Shown: in pieces, positions 13,711 to 27,515 of the stretch
Numbering within the stretch: position 1 is the first letter of the stretch
How the letters are laid out: every line of letters starts with the position of its first letter
Source: Octopus vulgaris
Taxonomy: Eukaryota
NCBI GenBank assembly: GCA_951406725.2
Contig: OX597814.1
Coordinates: forward strand, 177,816,001 to 177,880,000
DNA: 64,000 bases
Direction of reading: 5' to 3'
Translations under genes and position numbers: made by a program
The notes under the pieces: generated by a model
What the model was told of the DNA's origin: nothing
Databases searched by the model: none
What the model saw: the letters and a program-made list of their open reading frames with translations, nothing else

Positions 13711-13951
13711 TTTCTGGACTGATTGAACGTATAATTATTTGGACTTCAGCTGTTATAGTAGATAAGGTTTACACTCCAAATATATTATTAATTCCACATT
13801 AGCAACGAACAGTGTTCCAGGAAGTTAGTTACAGTTTTCAAAAATAATGATTTATGAAGAACTAAGAAATGGCAGTAACTCCTGATTGCGTAAGTCACTT
13901 CTAATTCATAATACATTTATTTAATAATCACTGTATCTCTGCGTATATATA

Positions 13952-14190
13952 CAGGGTGCGTAAGGTATTTGAGGACATAGCTTTTTGGCGCCATTGCTGC
14001 AATTTTTGTTAACTCTGTATAATTGTTGTTTCAGAAAAGAATAATGGCAGACACTCAGCTTACTCAGGAAATGAAGAGTAATGCTGTTATTGTAGTTATT
14101 AAAGGCTGAGCATAGCGATTTAGAAATATCTCGAATTTTAAAATTTGCCAGATCTTTCGTTTACAAAGTCCGTAAAGAGCTAGAGACTGA
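13952..14190 (+). mobile_element. 5' end of a Tc1/mariner (maT-like) element
   Basis: TA|CAGGGTGCG terminus, then frameshifted MADTQLTQEMKSNAVIVVI..HSDLEISR..VYKVRKELET, an HTH-like N-terminus resembling the 28890 element. Confidence 0.55.
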
Positions 14191-15113
14191 ATATAGAAAC
14201 GTATCACCAGTATACAGTTATATAAACCATATAACTGTATACATTGAATAGCCTGTATCTGCAATTCAAGATTAGCGCTTTGGCACACTGTGTAACGCTG
14301 AATCAACCAGAGAATTACGGTAAGGGAACGTGTGTGCGTGGAATGCTCAACCACTTAGACGTTAATTCAAAGAGTACCTAATTCAATTAATCCAGCAATT
14401 GAATTCTTAGTGTCTAAATTGTCGGAGACACTCACACAGACACACGCACGAACACACACGTACACACAAACATATCCATTTGCACAAAAAAAAAAATTAT
14501 ATTAAGTATCGTATCTTTATAATCACCAATCTATCATCGCTCGATTTCGTTACCAATTATATCCTACTAAATTCCTCTTACAATTTTACTTTGCCTTCAA
14601 CTACAGTTTATCTTCCAAGATTTCTCAACTTCGTTATTGATAATTCCACTGCCACTTACTACTAAGCAAAGATATTATTATAAGAGTGTCTAACATTGTA
14701 TGAGACATTATTAAACAGAAATAGTTGCTAATGTATGAATTATTCATATTCGCAAAATTAATTTCTCACCTTCTATCGAATTATGATGGTATATGTTGCA
14801 AAGTTTGAATTTAATAGAAAAATAAACGCCGACTATTCGTGGAGCTAATTGGTTGCATACTAGCTATGAAGCAGGCTAGGATACGATGCTGTCTATTTCA
14901 TTTTGCTACCTAGACAGCGTGCATAACTAATATAGTACGTATTTTTTGTATGTCTTACGCAAACCAGCTGTGGCATCAGTTGTATTTTGTCTCGGCATCA
15001 TCTATTAAATTCCTAGTCATTTATTTAACGTGAACCTGCAACGATTGTGATACTGCCTATGCAAAAAAACATATATGTTAAATTCGTGAAATTTCAAATT
15101 TAGTTTTGATAAT

Positions 15114-15520
15114 GGAGTGGCTTTGTGGTAAGTAGCTTGTTTACCAACCACATGGTTCCGGGTTCAGTCCCACTGCGTGGCACCTTGGGCAAGTGTCTTC
15201 TACTATAGCCTCGGGCCGACCAAAGCCTTGTGAGTGGATTTGGTAGACGGAAACTGAAAGAAGCCCGTCGTATATATGTATATATATAAATGTATGTGTA
15301 TGTGTTTGTGTGTCTGTGTTTGTCCCCCTAGCATTGCTTGACAACCGATGCTGGTGTGTTTATGTCCCCGTCACTTAGCGGTTCGGCAAAAGAACCGATT
15401 GAATAAGTACTGGGCTTACAAAAGAATAATTCCCGGGGTCGAGTTGCTCGATTAAAGGCGGTGCTCCAGCATGGCCGCAGTCAAATGACTGAAACAAGTA
15501 AAAGAGTAAAGAGTAAAGTA
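15114..15520 (+). mobile_element. SINE family A, full length
   Basis: Highly similar to 10022-10420. Confidence 0.9.
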
Positions 15521-15921
15521 AGTTATGGTTTTACGAGTATTACGATCGTATGAATCTCTTGTGTAAGAAATAGTTATTGTTAGTTACAATGCAAGCACGG
15601 GGAATATTGAGTTCATGTTATACATGGTGATTAATTTTGGTAAGGGGAATAGCGGATATGTTTATTCATTTTCTTAAGTATTTTTGTGAAATGTGACCTT
15701 ATTGTTTTTAAGAAGTCGCTGCATATGCCTAGAAATTCGTCTGACTGTGAATCGCTACTCGGAGGTGGATATAAACAACATATACTAGCAGTTATTATAG
15801 CTTGAAATATCCCTCTCTCATTCCTACAATTTATACCCGCTTCCTTTACTGCTCTCTGTTAACTCCAACTAGCCACTAACACTATGGCGGTGGCTCTCAC
15901 AATACGAATCGACACATATCT

Positions 15922-16133
15922 TTCTCTTTCTTTTACTTGCTTCAGTCACTTGACAGTGGCCATGCTGGAGGACCACCTTTAGTCGAGCAAATCGATCCCA
16001 GGACATATTCTTTGTAAGCCTAATACTTATTCTATCGGTCTCTTTTGCCGAACCGCTAAGTTACGGGGACGTAAATACACCAGTATCGGTTGTCAAGCGA
16101 TTTTGGGGGACAAACACAGACACATAAACATAT

Positions 16134-16172
<39 letters not shown>

Positions 16173-16339
16173 CACATATATACGACGGGCTTCTTTCAGT
16201 TTCCGTCTACCAAATCCACTCGCAAGGCTTTGGTCGGACCGAGGCTATAGTAGAAGACACTTGCCCAAGGTGCCATGTAGTGGGACTGAACCCAGAACCA
16301 TGTGGTTGCTAAGCACGCTACTTAGCACACAGCCACTCC
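15922..16339 (-). mobile_element. SINE family A, full length, inverted relative to the 15114 copy
   Basis: Reverse complement of family A. Confidence 0.9.
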
Positions 16340-17147
16340 AAACACCCATGATTTCAATTTGAACATCAATCCCAATTTTCAACAGATCTTATTCGCCTCT
16401 GCACCAATCAAGCAATCCAACTGTTACATTTTTGCGACCATCACTCATTCTTGAAATTTAGCGCCACTACCTGCAGCAGGCTTGGCACTTTAAGTCAACT
16501 AACCGGTTTCAGCTCAGCTAGGTTTATGCTAGCTATACTTGGCAGCACATATACTTCACACCCGCATTTTATACACAATAAAGCTCAGTGACAAGGTCAC
16601 AAAGTGTTTCACTTATATCAGCGCCTCAGCTGTTAAGTCAGAAAAGCTCTTGCAACACCAGCCTGTGAACCATGAAGGATGTCCCCACCCCCGCATCGTA
16701 TAGTGCTCAAGCTCTCAATTTATACTCCAGTTCAGTTCCTCTAGATTTCCCAATGCATTTGATGTGTATTGTATCTTCGGATTGATTCTTTCCTTGCATT
16801 TTGCAAATAGTACAGGTTCCACCATTATACTTTAGTTTTTGATATACATCAATGTATGTATGAATCTGCCGTGCGTAAATGGTGCACTATAAATCCCTAT
16901 AATCGGAAACTAAATTAGTTCATTGGATCATGTTCTGTGGCCACTGAAGATCGCATTGTTTATCATACCATTTTCACCGTCAGAATACATATGTTTGTCG
17001 CTCATATTACATATGACATCCGTTTATATATTTGCTCATAAACACTGTTTCTTGCCACATAAACATGAAAGTATAAACACGTATACACATACATGCAATT
17101 CATATAGATATAAATCGCACATTTATTTAAAAATACATGTTTTTTTA

Positions 17148-17209
<62 letters not shown>

Positions 17210-17245
17210 CGTAAATGTAATATGTGGCAATTATTCGGTAGTCAT

Positions 17246-17306
17246 GATAAAACTCCGAGTTTCAGATGTCGGGGTGGAAATCCACGCCGCCATCTCCTCA
17301 GTTATC
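17246..17306 (-). ncRNA. Minimal type I hammerhead in a ~200-bp insert within (TA)n (17208-17400)
   Basis: Minus strand: gataa-CTGAGGA-gatg..catc-t-GAAA-ctcggag-TT-ttatc. 5-bp stem I, near-palindromic stem III, GUU triplet. One unpaired nt before GAAA. Confidence 0.7.
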
Positions 17307-17407
17307 CGGCCATCGGAAGAATGCTATTTATAGATAAATTCCTCTATTTATATAATATCGATATTACTTTCATTCTTTTGTTGTATTACCATTTCTATCA
17401 ATATATG

Positions 17408-17521
<114 letters not shown>

Positions 17522-17983
17522 TGTGTGTATCGAATGCGCATGTGTGTGTATATTTTGAGTCTAAAATTTTGCTTAAAATCTAGATTTTCCTTCGGTTACA
17601 CTTCAGTTACTAGTTTCAATGTAAATCCAGTCTTCGGGAAATGATTTTAATCCACCTTAATGCATTACTTGTTCAGGCGCCAGCGGAGAAATTTAAACGT
17701 TTCAAATATTTCTTGATTTATCCACGGGCTTTTTCTGACTAAGCCACAGTATATAAAGTAATTTTGTGTAAACAACGGAAATGAAGCTTATTCTAAACTA
17801 TGAATTCGCTTATCTCATGTCGTATACACTGCTAGGCGTATAATTACTTTTGTTTCAAAGAATACAAAAGTTGTTATGTAAAGATATTGTTAAAGCTGTA
17901 GAACTTAATGAAAGATTAACATTTAGCTAAAGGAAGTACTTTTCCTCACTTATTATATTTTAAGTGTTTTCCCATTTAAAATT

Positions 17984-18654
17984 TATCATTTGATGATCTA
18001 TTTCATAAACTTTGCACAGAACACCATTACACAAAATACAGGAATCCATAATTCACCAATCATAAACACAGATATAAGTACGTACGCATACATATATAGA
18101 TACACATATATACATACATATATACATACATACATACATACATACATACATACATACATACATAGATAATCAAAATAGCATGCAGTACGATCGTTTCATA
18201 CGACCATTTAATTGAAAAATGCAAAACATTACATCAATTTTTAAATGTAGAGCAATCTTCAGCTGCACAACAAACATAGAATTTAATTAAATTTGAAGGA
18301 TACATCAGTATAATGTTATCCAAAATCTCCAAAAGGAGAAGGAGATAGACAAAGAACATGTTTTGCCAAAAACATCACAGTTGTAATGGAATTTTTTTTT
18401 TCAAAAATACGCTGCTTTTCACTGATTATTTCTGTTATTTAGTTTTAATCACGGGGTAGGGTCAGTTTCAGTTTTCATGTTTGTTTGTTTATACAGATAT
18501 ATGTGTGTATATACATGTATGTGTGTATGTATATATATGTATATATGTATAAATACATATGTGTGTGTGTGTTTATGATTGGTGAATTATGGATTCTTGC
18601 ATTTTGTGTAATGACGTTCTGTGTATAGTTTATGAAATTGATAATCAAATGATA
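17984..18654. mobile_element. Inverted-repeat-bounded element carrying a hammerhead
   Basis: 17984-18070 is the reverse complement of 18568-18654. Inner (TACA)n and (TATG)-rich tracts extend the inversion. Confidence 0.75.
18180..18268 (-). ncRNA. Type I hammerhead with long stem II
   Basis: Minus strand: gtgcag-CTGAAGA-(~60 nt with catttaa/ttaaatg)-GAAA-cgatcg-TA-ctgcat. Perfect palindrome ACGATCGT as stem III. Base of stem II is imperfect. Confidence 0.75.
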
Positions 18655-18734
18655 TATATATATAATATATATATATGCACATACACAAATATATATATAC
18701 ATACCTATACACATGTATATGCACATATGCATAA

Positions 18735-18970
18735 ACGATTTGTTTATAATGATCAAATGTTTTGTGCTGTACATGAGTGCACGCCCACCACTGAATCGAC
18801 ATCCCCAGTAGAAGTGCATGGTGTGCGAAATATCAGGTGTCGAAGTGTTAGTAGAGCAATGTCAGAGGAAGTATTTGGCTCAAGAACACAACGCACCACC
18901 CGGTCCGAGATTTGAACCCACGATCTCGTAATCGTGAGAGCAAAGTCCAAGCCACAAGGTTAAGTGCCTC
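18735..18970 (-). mobile_element. tRNA-headed SINE (family D-like head)
   Basis: Minus strand gggttcaaatctcggaccgggtggtgcgttgtgttcttgagc..tacttc resembles the head of 45106-45344. Confidence 0.6.
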
Positions 18971-19239
18971 ACACACAAACACAAACTCACAAAGATACAA
19001 ACACACACATATGTGTGTGTGCGTGTGATTGCGTGCGTTCGTGTGTGTGCGCCCGCCCATAAATTCAGATACGTAATACTTAATTCCGAAAAACTCGAAC
19101 ATCACATCTAACAGATGTTTCATATTAATAAATATACTTTGCCACGTTTCAAAAGTAGCTTGCATCCGACAAGAGGAACTCTGTTGAAATACTGTACTAA
19201 ATTAGTAATAAATGTCTTGAAATGTGTATTCTATCTTAC

Positions 19240-19297
19240 CTTTAGAGGAAATCTGTCACATATCTCTCACACCAAGTGATACGTGTAAGACACTCAC
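19240..19297 (-). other. 58-nt cryptic exon / candidate recursive splice site
   Basis: Minus strand tttctttatttttCAG|GTGAGT ... AAG|GTAAGA. Stops in all three frames. Confidence 0.35.
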
Positions 19298-19607
19298 CTG
19301 AAAAATAAAGAAATATAGGAGGTTTTAATTAATTGGATATTTCAGAGTGTTAGAAGGCAATTTTATTTAAAGCGCAGGTGGATAAGTCGATTCTGAAGGG
19401 AAAAGAAGTTCAAAAGCAAACAAAGGACTAATACAATTAACCGAATTATTATTTGTATACAGGATCCGTACACTCATGTTCCCAAGTCTGAAGTTTGAAG
19501 TTTATCTTTATGTAGGTAGAAGCGTTCTAATTCACGGCAGTATTTGTATGTGGTAGCCAAAGAAATTTGATGACGTCATACATTGGCAAGTGTATGCTAC
19601 TGTATAA

Positions 19608-19850
19608 GGCGACGCGCTGGCAAAAAACGTTAGCACGCAGGGCGAAATCCTTAGCGGTTTTTCGTCTGCCACTACGTTCTGAGTTCAAATTCCGCTTTGC
19701 CTTTCATCCTTTCGGGGTCAATTAAATAAGTACCAGTTACGCACTGGGGTCGATATAATCGACTTAATCCGTTTGTCTGTCCTTATCTGTCCTTTCTGTG
19801 TTTAGCCCCTTGTGGGTAGTAAAGAAATAGGTATATCGTCTGCCGCTACG
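19608..19850 (+). mobile_element. SINE family B
   Basis: ggcgacgcgctggcaaaaaacgttagcac..gagttcaaattcc..ttgtgggtagtaaagaaatagg. Confidence 0.9.
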
Positions 19851-20340
19851 TACAGGGAGAATTTTGTCCACTAATTGCATATATACATATCCTCTGGTAA
19901 CCGAGCATTTCAACTTCTTACTTTACAGAAATGAAACCTGTATTATGTGTATGCAGTATGCAGAACATTCTCCAAAGTTCTTTTTTAAGGCGTATTATTG
20001 GCATTCATAACCGGAATCACACTTACGCTATGTCTACAAATAGTAAAGATTTCTTTTCGCCAACTGAATGCAATACGCTGCAGAAACACTTTTACAAGAC
20101 ATAAATTTATGCTTTGCTTTGACCGGTGGGACTTAAGTATACTATCTAGTATCAGAAACCTCAGGTCAATGTTTCAAACATTAATTACATGTTTCTTTTG
20201 AAATTATTTCCCTTTGTTCCTCTTTCTGGATTATACACATTTGAAGAAATTTTTATCTGTTATCTCAATTGACTGAAGATATTCTGACTATTGTAAATAA
20301 ACCGCGACAACAAAAAAAACAAAAAAACTATGCGTATATT

Positions 20341-20524
20341 GAGTGTACAACCGGACGGGAGACAGGTACAGAAGGTCTCTAATTCTTCATCAGTTGTTAA
20401 CCAAATGGTAATACTCAGTTTCGTATAATTAATGATGAGAAACTGATTATTACAATTTGGTTGATAACTGATGATGAATTAGGGACCTTCTGTGTCTATT
20501 TCCCGACTGGTTGTACACCCACTC
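20341..20524. mobile_element. ~185-bp hairpin MITE
   Basis: Arms gtgtacaacc..cagtttc and gaaactg..ggttgtacac pair along nearly their whole length with a ~15-nt loop. Confidence 0.75.
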
Positions 20525-20618
20525 TAAGTTTTTTTCTCTGACGCTGTTCCTTTACAATGCATTTTTTCCTTTATTCAGTAACGGTACGCAACACATCCCG
20601 AACTTTCTTGACAATAAG

Positions 20619-20694
<76 letters not shown>

Positions 20695-20697
<3 letters not shown>

Positions 20698-21010
20698 CGT
20701 GATCACCTTCACCAACCAGTCCGTCAGGCGTACCTTTTGACACCGCTGGTAACAGTACGCTGTCCACTCCTCTCTGGATCGCGCCTTTCTCATCCACGTG
20801 ATCCCAATCATCCTCCTGAAATCGTAACTCCACCGTCGTGGAGGCCTTCTGGGTGGTCGTTTCCGCTGGCGCGGGTACCACTCGACGACTGCGCGGGTCC
20901 ACCGATTATCGGTGAGCCGAGCGACGTGTCCAGTCCATCTAAACTTGCTGCGTGTATACTCTGCGATGACATCCCTCACGCCGGACTTCTTTCTGATGAT
21001 CTCGCTACTG
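20695..21010 (-). mobile_element. RTE-clade LINE 3' end inserted in (TA)n
   Basis: IRKKSGVRDVI..KFRWTGHVARLTDNRWTRAVVEWYPRQRKRPPRRPPRRW..WMRKARSREEW is the typical RTE C-terminus. Confidence 0.9.
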
Positions 21011-21187
21011 TATATATATGTATAAGTATGTATAAACAACATATACATACAAATATATGTATGCATATTCATAATCACATACACACACGAACTCAGACAC
21101 ACATACACACCTATACGTATATATATATATATGTATATATATACTCGATATATGCATGTATATATAAACACACACACACACACACAC

Positions 21188-21225
<38 letters not shown>

Positions 21226-22096
21226 ATATATTTTATCACAGAATTTTAAAAGTTTTAATAGATCACTTTTTAAATTTGTGATAAGACTTACATCATCTTT
21301 AAAGAACTTTAATGAACTTTTGAAATCTGTTTATTTACTTATTATCTACATTACTCATGAGTAGCTAACATAGATAGAGAACTCATGTATTTTAGCTGAT
21401 GATGAGTTTATATGTTTGCTTTCTTGTTGTTCATCCTAATCACCCCATTACTGTATTGTTAAATCGATAGTTTTTTTGTGCATCTAAGTTAGGTACCATA
21501 TTCCTTCAAGTAAGACGTAAAATTCAGTTAATAAACTAGTTTCATGAAGATAACTCAGCGCACCAGAACCTGTGTCAAATTCATCTTAATCCACATTATT
21601 GCCCTTCTCCACCCATTTCGTTTAACTTAACTTTCGACTACTGCAAATATACCATTGCATAACATATATGAATTTTCCACCAAAATGCACCAAAACTTTG
21701 AGTAACTGTTATAGTTATAATCCTTGATTTCGGTGTTATGTAACCACATTTCAACGCAATCAGATTGAGAAGTTTCAAAGTTTGCAATGAGTTCAAAAAA
21801 GGCTTATCCGAATTTTCAGAATATAATCCGATATTTAGTTAAAAGTTTAAAAAAAAAAATTAAAAATTGGCAAACTTTCTGAAAGTTCAGCATTATTGGG
21901 AAGAAGGTAAATAAAAGGATGATTCTCATTCTCAGTTCAATTCATTGAGCTGAACAATCTTTGATTTTAGGATTGTCACACATGCACATATATGGAAACA
22001 GACAAACGCATACATACTTAGACATCTGTACGTATTATTATTTTTCTACAAGCATAAATATATATATATATGTGTGTGTGTGTGTGTATGTATGTG

Positions 22097-22143
<47 letters not shown>

Positions 22144-22225
22144 GTATATGAATGTGTGTATGAGAGAGAGAGAGAAAGAGTATGTATGCATGTATGTGCG
22201 CATGTATATATATATATATATATAA

Positions 22226-22265
<40 letters not shown>

Positions 22266-22364
22266 CAAACATACATATATATATATATATATATATTGAT
22301 ATATATATTTTTATGTATACATATTTACATAAATTAACATGTATATAAAAACACACACACACAG

Positions 22365-22408
<44 letters not shown>

Positions 22409-22647
22409 CCGGGTCCGTGTGTGTGTACATCATACGTACATGCATATACAGAGACATCAGCTTTTATAAAGATTTGCAAATCAAACAAACACATGCATAA
22501 GCACACACATGCATAAAGACGTACGCTTTAAGATTTAGCCACATGTGCATACGTGTTAAGTTATTCCCACATTCGCATGTTTGAACAATATAAAAAAAAA
22601 TAAGAACAAAAATTTGTTCAGTGGAGGAAACGCAAGAAAAAAATTTT

Positions 22648-22686
<39 letters not shown>

Positions 22687-22969
22687 GAGAAAATAACATT
22701 GAAATACAAGGCCTCACGCCTGAACTTATGTTTATAAAATATATTTAAAAAAGAAAGGTAAATATATGAATAGAAATATAAAGCCTAGTATAACAATTGG
22801 CATTTACTTCCGATTTTCAAGACTAAAGGAAATAAAGTCACAACACGATTGAGTTTAAAGTCAAACTTCGATGAAGGAAAAAAAAATGGAGACAGATCAC
22901 ACACGCACCTCCATGTCTTAAAACTTGTGTGTTCATGTATATATATATATATGTATATATGTATATATG

Positions 22970-23018
<49 letters not shown>

Positions 23019-23138
23019 ATACATATATATATACATATTTATATACACATATATATATATATAAGTACGTAAATATATCACATAAGGATTTATATATATA
23101 TATAAAGTGTACACACACATACACACACACACACACAT

Positions 23139-23202
<64 letters not shown>

Positions 23203-24049
23203 ATGTGTATATAAACTTACACACACACTCAATCATACTGAGGAAATATCCAAATAAAGCAGATAATAAATGAAAGCAGATGATGAAAAAGAAAAAAAGG
23301 TAAGAATCCGATAGCAACGCAGAGAAACGATGCTAGAATAGAGCAGAACAGTATAAAAATATTTAAAAATTCTTAGCCTTCAAGATATTTTCAAGTTAGA
23401 ATCTCTCTTGAAGTGATTGTCTGCTAGAAACGTTAGGTCTTGATCCTCACATTCGTTGCTTTGATCCAATTAGCATGTTAAAATCTCCTCCTTGTCATTT
23501 TCGTTCATATTTCTCTATCCCTCTTTTTTTTTTACTTCGAATGCATTCTCTGTCTCTCTTCATTCCTTCCTCACATTTCTTTATTTTTTTCTTTCTTTCT
23601 TTCTCTCTCTCACACACACACATACACACACATACTCCTTTTGGTATCTTCGAGTTCTTATTCTCTTTTTCTTAACATCACATCTCCCTTTCCATCTCCT
23701 ATGTGTTTCTCGCACGCACTTTTTACTCTGTTACTTCTCCATTCATATCACAAAATACTCCTTCTTTCCTTTTGTGATTTCTTGATTGTCGTCTGCATCC
23801 CCTCTCTTTTGTAAACACGCTTACCATCCCTTATTCCCCCTCACTCTCTATCATTATTTATGTGTTGATTCCCTTTTTTTCTCTTTTTGTATTTCTGTCT
23901 CCTGCCTTTCCACTCTCCTAAGCATCATGAAATAATTTCACTTGAGAAAAGTGCGAGCAGCTTGGAACAGATCGATAGCCAATCCCTTCTTTCTCTTTCT
24001 CTCCCTCAAACACACACACACACACACACATGTAGAAATTAACGTGTGC

Positions 24050-24093
24050 GTATGTGTGTGTGTATGTATGTATATATATACATGCATACATAC

Positions 24094-24126
<33 letters not shown>

Positions 24127-24322
24127 CATGCATATACATACATATATACATATATACATATATATATATATATACATGCATATACATATATATACATATG
24201 TATATATATATACATATATATATATATATACATATACATACATATATACATATACATACATATATATATACATGCAAATATATACATATATATATACATA
24301 CATACATACATATATATACATG

Positions 24323-24353
<31 letters not shown>

Positions 24354-24403
24354 ACATACATACATATATACATACATACATATATATACATGCATACATA
24401 TAT

Positions 24404-24434
<31 letters not shown>

Positions 24435-24765
24435 CATACATACATATATACATATACATAATACATATTTATATATATATATACATACATACATATATAT
24501 ACATACATGCATATACATACATATACACATATATATACATACACACACATATATATATACATAAATACATATATATACATACATACATATATATACATAC
24601 ATACATACATATATATACAAACATGCATACACATATATATATTTACATAATACATATATATATACATACATCCATATATATATATACATACATACATATA
24701 TATATACATACATGTATATATATATATACATACATACATATACATACATACATACACATATATAC

Positions 24766-24796
<31 letters not shown>

Positions 24797-24830
24797 CATA
24801 CATACATATACATGCATACATATATATATG
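24050..24830. repeat. Compound (TA)n/(TACA)n microsatellite
   Basis: Seen directly. Similar tracts at 22060-22400 and 22940-23210. Confidence 0.95.
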
Positions 24831-25916
24831 CAATTCTCCGTGCTACTTGTATTCATCTTCTACTTGGGCTCCTCATTTATTTCTGCGTTATTCCATAGCT
24901 CTGAAATATTCCAAAGTAATCTTAATACCCAGAGAATGAAAAACACGAGGAAAAAATAAATAAATACTCAGAAAACGGTAACAAAAAAAAAGAAAACGTA
25001 CCAAAGACTATAAAAATCTATGTTAAAGAAAAAAGTTTGAAAATGTTATCAGAAAAACTGAATTCAGACAGACGGGAAATCTTATCCATTTTACTTCCTC
25101 CTCACCCCATCACCCTTTCTCTTGTTGTATTTTCCTGTCATTCTGTCTTTCTCTCCTGTGGCCTCTTCTCTTTTCTCTCTGGCAGTCTCCGCCTGATTTC
25201 CTATTTTTCTTTCTTTTTACAGTCAGTGCTATTTTTTCTTTCGTTTTCTCTCCCAATGACATTATACATACACACACACACTCACACATACACACATACA
25301 TACATACGTATATACATACATACTCACACACATATACATATATGTGTTTATGAACATACATATATACATATCCATCTCTATGTATGTGTGCATTGCTTGA
25401 AGTTACTGCCATACAATGGCTATAGGCAGTAAATGTACATACGTTGTGAGGACGTTTGTGTATGTATATATGTGCGTATACATCTGTCTGTATGAATATG
25501 TGTGTTCATATTTGTGTACGAAGTTCTAGTGCTTGTGTATGTATAAGTGTGTGAGTACGAGTACACACAAAAATACATACATAGATTGCTGACATTACTG
25601 CCAAAGAAAATCGATAAAAATTATCAGAAACAAGATTGACATCGAAGAATGTTATTAGAGAGCTTGTCAGGACGTTACATCAACAGGAACGTTGAATATT
25701 GTACCGAACCAAGTAAAATGTTGGTAATTTTCTCTTTCTCTTCTTAGAGACCAGTTGTTAGTCTGGGTAGGTATGCAAAAATATTTTTTTTTAAACTAAT
25801 TGTGGATACCAAAATAAATACGCATATATACATATACAAACGCGCTTATATACGAGTATATATAAGAATATCTATATACATACAAACAGACACTCATACG
25901 CAAACACGCATATATA

Positions 25917-25972
<56 letters not shown>

Positions 25973-27515
25973 ATATAGATTTCCGATTGTGATCTGTACA
26001 TGTGATAAGAAAATGAATAGCAACTTTACACACGTGATTTATGCTGACAACGAAAAGTGATTACAACTTTGTGTAATGCTTATGTAATATTATATACACA
26101 CGACGAAGCTACATTTTGGAATCTCAGATGCATTAAGTTTTTGTGGTAGAGTAACCTTTGAGAAATCATTAGATCAAGAATCTGCTGCCGTTAGGAATCA
26201 TATATAGATTATTATGGTTAATTAGGAAAGTGTTCTTAATATCTAGTCAAAATTCCTGTAATATTTTAAAGAGATGAATCTTCCATTGTTAGCGTTGAAA
26301 GCATTATCGCAATAGGCATTGTGAAATATAATAGTTTAAAAGGATCTAGCAAAATTTATGTAGTAAAATCCTTAAGCATTTGGCTAGTAAAATGATGCAC
26401 CGTATATTAGTTATACATATTAATTTGCTGACCGATAAATAGTCAACTGTTGCCCTCTTGTCTCATTGTACGGAAATAAAACATGTTTTTCTATAGATCA
26501 GACTGGCTTCTCTGTATATTCCGTATCTTGTCAATAGTAGTTGAACGTGACTCGGAAACTTTAATTAATCAATTAATATTACGATGTTTTTAAAGGGAGC
26601 TATCCTGTACTGAATGACCAAATGTGATCGAAAAATATATAACGGATGAACATCTAGCATTTCCGATCAACCAAAACCAATTAAATATGGAATATACTGA
26701 ACAGTGAATCAGTTCTTTTGTAATTACCTCGTCATGTTACATTTCTATAAGACATGGAATCGGTCAATAACTATTTGCCGGTCAAGATAAATATGTATGA
26801 ATGATTCATGGTCAGTCAACGCAATGGACAAATGATAAAGAAGACTGCCTAGCAATCAGGATGACCTGGTTTCGATCCTGTTACGCGTTATCTTCAGGAA
26901 GTGTATTTTAATATTGTGTCGAGTCCAACCAGACAGTGTAAATGAAATTATTTGACAGAAACTGTGAGGAATCATGTAGGATGCTTTAAACCTGTAATTC
27001 AAATATACAACCTTGTCACACACATACACACACACATACTCACACACTCAGTGTGTACCACTAATTCATGTTTGAAAATGTCATTAATGGTAAAGGAGTC
27101 TATATAATACTCAGCTACATACAGCTTAATTAGATGAATATTTGCTCCCTAATTAAATGAGCGACTTCAACCCTTATTAATGTGTAGGTACTTCAGATTA
27201 TTGTCCATATTTTAGTAGTAGTTACATTCAATGCAACGGACAAATGAATAAGAAGAACACTTGGCATGCTTTCTCATAGTCTACTTAATTTCATTCACAC
27301 TGCTTAGTTTGACTCGAGCCAATGTTAAAATATACTCGCTGAAGATGAGCTGTTATCGAAAACGGTCCCAGGACATCTTGATTCTCAAGTACGAATGAAA
27401 ACAACTACAACAAAAACAACAACAGCAACCCTTTCCACTATGTGCACAAGAACTAAAATTTTGTGGGGAATAGTGTTAGATGAATACATCGACTCCAGTG
27501 CTCGGATGGTATTCA

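Noticed and set aside
16490-16560. Minus-strand GAAACCGGTT palindrome with agct stem
   Set aside because: No recognisable CUGANGA-type half.
23918-24898. Long YI/CV-rich ORFs (also 21961-23317, 55614-56245, 62371-63351 and others)
   Set aside because: They are translations of (TA)n, (TACA)n and (CT)n microsatellites, which lack stop codons.
26863-26897. Minus-strand CTGAAGA..GAAACCAGGTC hammerhead-like string
   Set aside because: Neither stem I nor stem II pairs. Better explained as the decayed B-box region of a plus-strand SINE.
27340-27372. CTGAAGAtga..tcGAAAacgGTC
   Set aside because: Core-like spacing but only a 2-bp stem II and no convincing stem I or III.
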